A program made the position numbers and the translations under genes. DNA of 64,000 nucleotides from Octopus sinensis. Taxonomy: Eukaryota. This document shows, in pieces, positions 23,703 to 34,381 of the stretch (within the stretch, counting starts at the first letter, position 1; every line of letters starts with the position of its first letter). The notes beneath the pieces are model-generated. The model saw only the letters and a list, made by a program, of their open reading frames with translations. It was not told the DNA's origin and searched no databases. Location of the stretch: the NCBI RefSeq assembly GCF_006345805.1, contig NW_021833611.1, positions 23,322 to 87,321 of the forward strand. Direction: 5' to 3'.

Positions 23703-25740
23703 GCTACCCATCAGTCAGTAGATCATATGGATTTTTCTTTGCCATCGATTTCAGCTTCTTTGCAACAACAGTCGCTGCACTTCCATCATGCTGTTCAGCC
23801 TGGATTTTATGCATGAAATCTCTAGCAAATGTTTTGCTCTTCTTCACTACAAAATGAAGCTTCTTGCGCCTCACGTCATTTTCAACGAGTATAAGCATCC
23901 ACTCGTTAGATGTTTCAAGACAGTTGGCCAGTCCAGTTGTGGTGGTTTTGTAAGAGATTTCACATTGGATCAAGCTCCGACCTCCTTGGGCTCTGTGAAG
24001 GTAATGACGATTCACGTTTTCCTTTGAGTAGTTCATCTTATTGCAAATCAGCAGCTTTCCGTTTTTTTTTTTATTACTGTCAATTTTCTTTATTCCAGTT
24101 CAACACATTATAGCTATAAGTAACAACTAGAAGTGCTAAGGAATTTATAGTTAACACCTTGTTACGTACATTTATCTCAGATTTCAGGATTGCTCGAACT
24201 CTCCTGTAAGATGCCTTCCTGAACTTCTCTTTCATAGTTGCATGCTGAATGCCAGAGCCTTCATTTATTCCGAGGTATTTGTAAGTGTGTTCCTGCTCGA
24301 GTTCTTTTATAACTGTGTCATCATATAACACCACTGAATTTGGGGCCTTCAATTTCCTTTTCTGGAAAGTGGCTTTGGCACATTTATCGAGACCAAATTC
24401 CATCCCTATGTCATCACTGAATGCTTCCACAGTACGTAAAAGATCTTCAAGCTCATTATCGTCTTTGCCATAAAGTTTTAAGTCATCAACATAAAATAGA
24501 TGGCCTATTTTTTTGTTGTAAATTTTGTACTCATACCCTGTTCTTTTAAGTTCATTTGTAACTGATATTAGGGCTATGCAGAAAATTAAAGGTGAAAGTG
24601 AGTCACCTTGGAAAATACCACAGTTGATATTAATATTGTTTGAAATTAGTTCTCCATTAGAGTGGTATAACTGGAGATTCGTATTCTGCACTGCTGTGTT
24701 TCAGGAAGTTTGAAATTACCAGAGAAATTTTGAAGATATCAAGCGATTTCAAGATCCATGAATACAGTATGCTGTCAAAGGTCTTTTTATAATCAATCCA
24801 TGCGGAACTGAGATTTCTGCGTTTGTTATGACAGTTCTCAAGGATTATGCGATTGAAGTAAGAGTTGGTCTTTGCACCCATATGAGCCTCGTCTACACCC
24901 TTTTTGTCCAGTGGGGAAAATATTGCTGTGTTCCATAAATTTGTATTTTCTTCACGAGGATGGATGTTAAAATGGGCTGACAGTTTTGGGGAAATTTGGT
25001 TTCTTCATTCTTCGGGAGTAGATAAGTAATACCTTTTGCTAACCAATCAGGTGTTTTCGTAGGATCTCTCATAGTTTCATTGAATAACTGGGCTAAATTT
25101 TCGTTTGCTCACGGGATCGTGGCGAGCCAGAAATTTGTCACCCTATCATTACCAGGAGATTTCCACTTATGAGCCTTCGTGTGTGTCATCCTTAGGTCTG
25201 CTATTGTGATATCTTCCCATGCTTTTTCTGGTAAATTTTGGTAGGATCCTTCTGTGTGTCTAATCCAGTCTGCATTTTCGTTGTCTTTTCATTACTCCAG
25301 ATATTTTTCCAGAAGTTTTCAACTTCTTCCATGGAAAGGGATGGGGTCTTCAACAGTTATTTTCTCCTTCCCTATTTCTCTGTGGAATGTTTTCGCATTG
25401 GAAGTGAACAGCTTATTTTTCTTGTAAAACTTATTTCTCTTCTCAAAACTTCGAATTCTTTGAGCTTTTGCTTGAGCATTTTGTTTCAGAGCTTCTTTGT
25501 TGAAAATCTTGGTGAGAATCTATATTTTCTCTTCATCCCTCTCCCTTTTCTGAATCTCACATCGTTTCCACAGATTACTTCATTTAATATTGATATTTCA
25601 CCTCTCATTAATCCCATTCAATCTCTGTTTCAATTTTACTTCTCCAGTTTAGAATTCTTCCCAGGTTTGTATTTCTTTGTTTCTTGTTTTCAGAGGCATA
25701 CAACTGGTTTTATTTGCCTCTTAGTTGCAGAAAAATAAGG
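23703..25740 (-). pseudogene. R4/Dong-like non-LTR retrotransposon fragment (RT region), truncated at both ends
   Basis: KAQRIRSFEKRNKFY, WKSPGND, WIDYKKTFDS, GIFQGDSLSPL, HLFYVDDLKLY, MEFGLDKCAK, YKYLGI and (D)R.YL.R..GGR.L motifs; stops and frameshifts; the C-terminal endonuclease is absent. Confidence 0.82.
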
Positions 25741-26120
25741 AAAAATGTAGGGTCATATGTCTGCAGCTCTCAAAGGTAATCGATAAATTATTTTAAGGAA
25801 TTAATTAGTAATAGAATTAAAAATGAAATTCTCGATGAACAGAGGTGATCTTTGTTAACAGGCAAGGAGATATAGTAGGATTTTTAAAAGTCTTTACTAG
25901 ATCTTATCAGGGAAGCATGGTCGGCTGTTATGTTTACAAATAAATAGGAAAAGTAGAAAAATATGATCGGTGTTAGCGAGCATAATTTACATAATTACTA
26001 TATCTAAGGTATAGGAAGTATATATAATTCGGGTATGTACCAATATAATGAATATAGAATGCCAAAAGAATGAAGAAAAAATAATGAATAAATGCAAAAA
26101 ACAATAATGATTTCAAATTT

Positions 26121-26548
26121 TGGCACAAGGACAGCAAGTTCGTGGGAGGGGGCAAGTCGATTACATCGGTCCCAGTACTCATTTAATCGATCCTAAACAG
26201 ACGAAAGGTAAAGCCGACTTCGGTGGAATTTGAAGTCAGAACGTGAAGACGAACGAAATGCCGCTAAGCATTTTGTCCGGCGCGAAAACAGTTCTGCCAG
26301 CTCGTCTCGCTTTAATACAAATAAAAAAAAATATTGATTTTAAATATTTTGGCACGAGGGTATCAAAATCGGGGGAAGCGGGTAAATCGATTACTACATC
26401 GACCGCAGTACCGAACAAGTGTTTATATTATTGAACCCCGAAGGTTGAAAAGTAAACTCGACCTCGGCGGAATTTGAGCTCGGTGCGTAAGGACGGACGA
26501 AAGAAATGCTGTTAAGCATTTTGTCCGGCACGGCAACGATTCTGCCAG

Positions 26549-26552
<4 letters not shown>
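26121..26552 (-). mobile_element. Two degenerate SINE family 1-related copies with a different tail
   Basis: GGAATTTGA...CAGAACG and TTCTGCCAGCT motifs at 26121-26310 and 26345-26552; the tail reads TTTTGGCAC(A/G)AGG. Confidence 0.65.
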
Positions 26553-26603
<51 letters not shown>

Positions 26604-27164
26604 TTTAAAAGTTCATTACATTGTATAGGGATGTTGAATGTTGAACTTTGTAAAATTTTTGAAATGTATGTTGAAAATGTGTAAAATGTTTTTATTTGGA
26701 AAATATTGTTGACGAATAAAAAATGACGAAATGTAACCGCTCGATTTCGGGGATCGAGTGGGCATTACACCACATTGAACAAACTTCATAATTCATTATT
26801 TTATTTTTCCCGATTGTATTGTCCCCTCTATGTTGCCCTTTGTGGGTAGAAATAAAACAATTACATTGTATAGAGAGATAATGAAAGGGTTTGGAATAAT
26901 TAGAGATCGTCTATGAAAATGGGAAATTATTTCAAAGAATACTCAGTAAATTGAATTAAGTCTCGCAGAATACTGAAGGTTATGGCTTTCAAATAAAAGG
27001 TTGATGACATGACAGATAGGGAAATACTTCGGCTCATATTAGGCTAATTCAACAAGACACACTTCTTAAGCCAGTTTTGGAGACTTCTTTTTTACAAATA
27101 GCAATATAGTTATGAACTTCTTTTATTATAATTACTACAAAAAAAACAAAAAAAAAACACCAGT

Positions 27165-27329
27165 AACGCAGGAGTGGCTGTGTGGTAAGTAGCTTGCTAA
27201 CCAACCACATGGTTCCGGGTTCAGTCCCACTGCGTGACATCTTGGGTAAGTGTCTTCTGCTATAGCCCTGGGCCGACCAATGCCTTGTGAGTGGATTTGG
27301 TAGACGGAAACTGAAAGAAGCCTGTCGTA

Positions 27330-27363
<34 letters not shown>

Positions 27364-27605
27364 AGTGTGTGTGTATGAGTTTGTGTGTCTGTGTTTGTCC
27401 CCCTAGCATTGCTTGACAACCGATGCTGGTGTGTTTATGTCCCCGTCACTTAGCGGTTCGGCAAAAAAGAGACCGATAGAATAAGTACTGGGCTTACAAA
27501 AAGAATAAGTCCCGGGGTCGATTTGCTCGACTAAAGGCGGTGCTCCAGCATGGCTGCAGTCAAATGACTGAAACAAGTAAAAGAGTAAAAGAGTAAAAAG
27601 AGTAA
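27165..27605 (+). mobile_element. SINE family 2, full length
   Basis: Head, CORE-like block, internal (TA)n(TG)n and (AAGAGTAA)n tail. Confidence 0.9.
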
Positions 27606-28029
27606 CTCAATGGTACTCAAACATACCACTGAAGATGTGTGCGTGCACACACATCCACACACACATCCACACACACACACTCACACACACACACACTCAC
27701 ACACACACACTCACACACACACACTCACACACACACACATCCACACACACATCCACACACATTCTCAGACTCATAAACACATTATTGTGTGCGGGCTTCG
27801 TAATATTTATCTGTACATGTGTACTCATGTTCCATTATTGGTTTCCAATTAACAGTTGATGCCGTTATTTGCGATAATATCTTCAATGAGATTCTTTCTC
27901 CTTTGGCATATCTCCAGCTAAGAGATTAGTTTTCTTTACTTTTTTTTCTTTTTTTTTTCAGTATTCATTATTTTTTTGTTTGTATTTTTTTCTTCTGAAA
28001 TTTCTTTTGTAATTCGTAATTCAAATATG

Positions 28030-28068
<39 letters not shown>

Positions 28069-28185
28069 TATAGAAATGTGAATGATAATTTATATATTAT
28101 GTGAGTGTGTGTATGCGTGTGTGTGTATGTGTGTGGTATAAATATGTACATATGAATATACATGGATACACACATACACACACAT

Positions 28186-28221
<36 letters not shown>

Positions 28222-28261
28222 CCACACATACATATCTATATATATACATAAATATTTATAA

Positions 28262-28306
<45 letters not shown>

Positions 28307-28334
28307 AATCTATCTATCTATCTATCTATCTATA

Positions 28335-28400
<66 letters not shown>

Positions 28401-28810
28401 ATGTATGTATGTATGTATGTATGTATGTATATATGTATGTATATATGCAAAAGAAATTATCGATTTCTGTAAGCCAAATTACAAGATTAACAAACGACGA
28501 AAATGTACCAAGAATATACCAAGAATATACCAAGAAAACAAAAAGAAATATAAGCGATCGCAATATAACTAGGAAAATAAAAAAAAAATATACAAAAGGA
28601 CAAAAAAATGAAATTTTCTGAATTACATTAAAGATCATTAATAACAATGATGAGGCATTAATGAAAGGCATTAAAAATAATATGAAATAATATGCACACG
28701 CACACATACACACATACATTCAGAAACATGCACAAGCATTCATTTATGCACGCATACGCACATGCACATAAAGACACACACACACACATACATACATGCA
28801 TATATATATA

Positions 28811-28853
<43 letters not shown>

Positions 28854-29097
28854 ATATGTATATATATATCCACAATATGGCAAAGGAAATGGATAAATCT
28901 TTAAAAAATAAACTCTATCTCTAAGTATTATATTTGGACACACGCGAGTATACGAGTGCGTGTCCATGTATATGTGTTTGTGTATGTACATTTACACACA
29001 CACACATACACACACACACACATATACACACACAATATGTACTTATAATTTTTTTTATTTATGTCATTTTTTGTTTTTGTATTTTTTTTTTTTTCAG

Positions 29098-29199
29098 GTC
29101 ACCAAAACCGGTCCTAGATCTTAAGACAGACTTAATTTCCGGCAATTTGTATGTTGATGGCAAACAATTTGGAATGAAACAAGGATTAAGTGGCGGAGA
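29098..29199 (+). CDS. Candidate isolated coding exon of an unidentified host gene (SPKPVLDLKTDLISGNLYVDGKQFGMKQGLSGG)
   Basis: Strong acceptor (T)nCAG at 29095-29097; donor GA|GTATTT at 29200; 102 nt, symmetric phase 2; only one of three frames open; more GC-rich and complex than the flanks. No homology recognised. Confidence 0.5.
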
Positions 29200-29272
29200 G
29201 TATTTTGAAATAATCTCCTTTTTTTTTCATTTTCTCTTCAGTTATTCCATTATTACTTTCTTCTTTCTTTCC

Positions 29273-29303
<31 letters not shown>

Positions 29304-30147
29304 CTGTTCGTTTCTTTTCATTTCTTATTTGTTCTTTCATTGAAATCTTCTCATTTTTATCAACATTTTTCATTCATCTTTTTCATTCATCGGTATCATA
29401 ATTTCTTAAAAACCGTTCTCGCATTTTTTTATGCATTATTTCCTTCATCGTCATTATTCATATTCTTTCATTCACAATTTCTTGTTCTTTCATTCACTAA
29501 CTTGTTACTCTCTTTACTCTCTTTTACTTGTTTCAGTCATTTGACTGTGGCCATGCTGGAGCACCGCCTTTAATCGAGCAAATAGACCCCGGGACTTATT
29601 CTTTGTAAGCCCAGTACTTATTCTATCGGTCTCTTTTTTGCCGAACCGCTAAGTGACGGGGACGTAAACACACCAGCATCGGTTGTCAAGCGATGCTAGG
29701 GGGACAAACACAGACACACAAACACACACATATATATATATACATATATACGACAGGCTTCTTTCAGTTTCCGTCTACCAAATCCACTCACAAGGCATTG
29801 GTCGGCCCAGGGCTATAGCAGAAGACACCTGCCCAAGATGCCACACAGTGGGACTGAACCCGGAACCATGTGGCTGGTTAGCAAGCTACTTACCACACAG
29901 CCACTCCTACGCCATATTATTTATTTATTTATTTATTTATTTCTGTTCGTTTCTTTTCATTTCTTATTTGTTCTTTCATTGAAATCTTCTCATTTTCATC
30001 AACATTTTTCATTCATCTTTTTCATTCATCGGTTTCATAATTTCTTAAAAATCGTTCTCGCATTTTTTTATGCATTATTTCCTTCATCGTCATTATTCAT
30101 ATTCTTTCATTCGCAATTTCTTGTTCTTTCCTTCACTAACTTGTTAC
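29273..30147. repeat. ~232-bp direct duplication (29273-29508 and 29916-30147) flanking a SINE
   Basis: The copies differ by 5 substitutions plus one ATTT unit by manual alignment. Confidence 0.92.
29509..29913 (-). mobile_element. SINE family 2, full length
   Basis: Same subfamily diagnostics as 27165-27605 (GCTAACC, CTGCTATAGCCCTGGG, CCCTAGCAT, CGTCACTT). Confidence 0.92.
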
Positions 30148-30352
30148 GAAAATCTTTTTTCAATATTTTCTACCATTTTCTCTATGACATCACACATTAG
30201 CAGCAATTTTAATTAGCAGTTTTGTTGTTTTAATTTTTGTGTGAATCCACTTCTTCAACTGCTGTTGCATTATATAACCCTAGGACTGATTTGATCAAGA
30301 TGATCTCTAATCAAAAACATTCCAACACATTTGATATGTAGGACAACATCTG

Positions 30353-30582
30353 TTTCTTTATTGCCCACAAGGGGCTAAACATAGAGGGGACAAACAAGGA
30401 CAGACAAACGGATTAAGTCGATTACATCGACCCCAGTGCGTAACTGGTACTTAATTTATCGACCCCGAAAGGATGAAAGGCAAAGTCGACCTCGGCGGAA
30501 TTTGAACTCAGAACGCAACGACAGACGCAATACTGCTAAGCATTTCGCCCGGTGTGCTAACGTTTCTGCCAGCTCGCCGCCT
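30353..30582 (-). mobile_element. SINE family 1, full length
   Basis: Reverse complement of the 8521-8748 type. Confidence 0.9.
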
Positions 30583-30919
30583 TAGTATATATTATCATAT
30601 AGTAGTATATAACATCATTAATAGGACAAGATCATACAGCAGATAACGATATATTAGGAATTGAAACAATTTTTGTTATTAGATATTTTCAGCAGTTCTA
30701 TAGACGAAGCAAAGGCATGTGCTCTTTCCATTTACTTGTCTCTTCAAATATCCTTTTTTGTTTACTCCAGATAATCTTTTTTGTCTCGGGGAATCTTTCA
30801 TTTGTATTTCTTTACCTACCTCTGTATATTCGTCGTATATTATTTTGTCATTACACTTTCCTTGCATCATTTCACATTTCGCTTCCAATGTCTTATACAT
30901 ACAATTACATACAAGAGTG

Positions 30920-31066
<147 letters not shown>

Positions 31067-31169
31067 CAGCTGTATTGTAAGTAGTTTGATTCCTAACCGC
31101 ATGAGTCCGGGTTCGCTCCCACTGCGTGCCTCCGGCGGACCAAGGCCTTCATACTAGATTTGGTAAAAC

Positions 31170-31810
31170 TGCCATAACATTATGCGCAATACGAAGATAA
31201 AAGTGTACATTACTACAGTTCTCCCTTACCTTCACTATGGCACAGAATGCATGGCCTTCCACTGCAGGTACTTCAAAGTCCTGACGCGTCTCCAAATTCA
31301 TCATTTGCGCACGATCTTGCACATCAGATGACAGGATTACATTCCTGATGTAGATGTCCAGCGCCCACCTAGCGGAGTTGGAACCGCGGTCCATATTTAT
31401 TTCATCGCAGCAGGAGGGCGGTAGACTCCCGAAGGCAGTTTTCTATGCAGAAATGCTTCAGGGCATGAGGAGCCTTAGCGGTCAGAGGTTGCGCTACGGG
31501 GATGTGCCGAAGAGACAAGAAAAATTCCAGCACCTTCCCAGAATCCTGAGAGAGGAAGGCCCTGTGGTGCATTGAATGACACTAGTCACTGGAACTCGTA
31601 AATCCAGCCATTGAAGAGAAACAACAGGAAGAATACGAAAGAGCACATAAAAAGCGTCACTTCTCCGTTGCATCAAGTAACTTCACACGCAGCAGATGTC
31701 ATCATTGCTGCAGATCATGAGCAGGCCTTTGTAGCTCACATGCGAGTCTGAGTGAGATGGTTTTTGAACAAAACGGTCAACCTACACCTATAACGGACAC
31801 CCGCCAACGC
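31170..31810 (+). mobile_element. RTE-type LINE 3' fragment, degenerate
   Basis: RLPKAVFYAEMLQGMRSLSGQRLRY.D motif (RTE-like RLPK...YGEL..G.R..GGQRKRYKD), decayed C-terminal Cys/His motif, GACGATGAT tail. Confidence 0.7.
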
Positions 31811-32047
31811 CTATGACGATGATTATATATGTATGGATGTTATAATATGTGGCTGTGTGGCAAGCCTCTTACCACACAATTAATTCCCAAGTGAAACATC
31901 TAATTATACATATATACGACGGACTTCTTTCAGTTTCCGTCGACCAAATTCACTCACAAGCATTGGTCGGCCCGAGGCTAGAATAGAAAACACTTGCCTA
32001 CGAATCATGAAGTAACAGTAGTTTTTGTGTGTGTATGTACACATGTG

Positions 32048-32154
<107 letters not shown>

Positions 32155-32222
32155 TGGTAAAACGGTAAGATAACAAAAGAAAGAAAGAGACCTCAATATT
32201 ATGTAAATAGAGGAAATTTATC

Positions 32223-32371
32223 TATACAATAATATGTTACATTACTCAATAGTCAAGATAAAACTCTGAGTTTAAGATGCCGAACCGAAGAGATGTCGTG
32301 GATTCCCACTTCGGCATCTGAAACTCAGAGTTTTATCTTGACTATTGAGTAATGTAACATATTATTGTATA
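32223..32371. repeat. Near-perfect inverted repeat: 62-bp arms, 25-nt loop
   Basis: The arms 32223-32284 and 32310-32371 differ at one position. Confidence 0.95.
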
Positions 32372-32391
32372 TATATATATATATATATATA

Positions 32392-33184
32392 CTAGCAGCA
32401 TAACCCGGCGTTGCCCGGGTATGTAAGAGCCCCTAGTAGGCAACGACTAATCCCAATCTAGTCCTTTCCCTCTAGGGAACGAAGGCGCATGTGTAGGTTG
32501 CAATGTCTTCTCTTCACTCCCAAATAACTATCAAACAGCTATCGATAATTCAACCCAACCAATTCCTACCAGGAAGAAATTACATTCGAGACTTTACCCC
32601 CAACTTCTGCTAATAGCTGCTGCAGCCGCAAGTTATTCGAATACTTTTTTTGTTTACACTTTCTTTATAACTACCACCCCAAACGTTTTACCTTAAATTT
32701 TTGACGTACCCTAAGGGTCCTCGGACGCTACTTGCAAACTCTTGGTTTATTATAAACCGCTTTTGTTGTGTGCACCAAAAAAACCTTTTCCATTCGTTTG
32801 TTTAGTTTGGTCACTTTTGACTTTTTCGTTGTTGTCACTCACATTGCTGCCCGCTTTTTTGCCGATTTTGTACATTTTTATACATTTTGGGATACTTACC
32901 CCATGTGTTCCGAGAGTTAAAAAGGTCAAGTTGCGTCCCCTAGACAGTCTGTAGAAAATGTGTTGCATATAAAAAGCTTAGATTATCGACCCCATGTCGA
33001 ATTTATCGATTTGTTTTCAGAACTGGGGGAACTTTTCAAAATTTTCGCTGCGTTAGTTTTGAATTATGACATTGGGCTATGTGTGTGTCAAGTTTCATCT
33101 GAATCGGTTGAAAGCCGTGGTCAGGGTGAGGGTACAACCTGACAGACACACAGACAGACAAACTGCCGTTTATATATAGAGAGA
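32392..33184 (-). mobile_element. 793-bp non-autonomous Helitron, second family
   Basis: On the minus strand: 5' TC(TC)TATATATAAA, (GTCT)n-like tract near the 5' end, 3' hairpin ACCCGGCGTTGCCCGGGT (32403-32420), terminal CTAG, inserted A|T. Confidence 0.82.
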
Positions 33185-33548
33185 TAAACGTAGTGTACAT
33201 TAGGCGACCCTTAACAGGCAGCATTACATGCTAGAAGTAGAAGTCAAAATGACCAAAACCACATTTAAGAGCAATTTTGAAGGGAATGAAAACTAAAAAC
33301 TTTTACTTTGTTTTTTATAGCCATACCTAGGTTTCGAATTCTAATAAGCAAATAAAATAATTTGCTAGGCGAAGTTCTCATCAGTGGCTATGCCAAAACA
33401 TTATCATATAATTTAGAGACAGAAATAATACGTCTGATTATTATATATTATAATTTCTCAAATTCACCACGCAAGCGCGGTTTCAATCAGCAGCAAAAAT
33501 GTGTATGCATATATATATGTATGTGTGCGTGTGTGTGTGTGTGTTGTG

Positions 33549-33590
<42 letters not shown>

Positions 33591-33785
33591 AATATAAGAG
33601 AGAATCCACTATGTGGACACTCTTGCGCTAAAAATAGATCCGCAATGGTCTCAACCACCAAGAATTGTTCTCAAGGATTTTCTCTTATATTTGTATATTA
33701 ATATTTACTGAATCCCAGTTTTTATGCGCTAAACCACTTGGTGTTAAATTGATGTTATTAAATTAATATCCAATTTTTTCACCCT

Positions 33786-33826
<41 letters not shown>

Positions 33827-33829
33827 ATT

Positions 33830-34075
33830 AGCTGTGTGTGTGTCTTTGTGTATGTGTTATCCCCCCCCACCACTTGACAATCAGTGTTGGTGGGTTTATG
33901 TATGTCCTCGTAACTTAGCAGTTCAGCAAAATAGACTGATAGAATAAGTACTGGGCTTTAATAAATAATAAGTGCTGGGGTTGATTCATTCGACTAAAAA
34001 AAAATAAATTATTCTGGGTGGTGCCCCAGCATGGCCGCAGTCTAATGACTGAAACAAGTAAAAGAAAACAAAAGC
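33830..34075 (+). mobile_element. SINE family 2-related 3' half, diverged
   Basis: CTTGACAA...GATAGAATAAGTACTGGGC...CCAGCATGGCCGCAGTC...GAAACAAGTAAAAGA. Confidence 0.7.
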
Positions 34076-34381
34076 CATTTTCCTAATTCCTTCATTGTTT
34101 TATTTTGTTCTTTTAATTAAGGAAAACAAAGGCTGTGTATTTCAATCCAAACATGGTAACAAAAAGACCAATTACATTATGACCTATTTTTCATACCATG
34201 TTCAGAAAGGCAAGAATGCAACAAATTCTTGGTTTTACTTTACTTCAACAAATTTGGGTCTTCGTTTCTTTAATATTCTTCCAAATCCTAGTTGTTAATA
34301 TTACTGTTGTTGTGGTGAGTGCCATGTCAAATATTCTAGTCCTATTGTTTTTTGTATTTGTATTAACCTTGTGGTTTTGTA

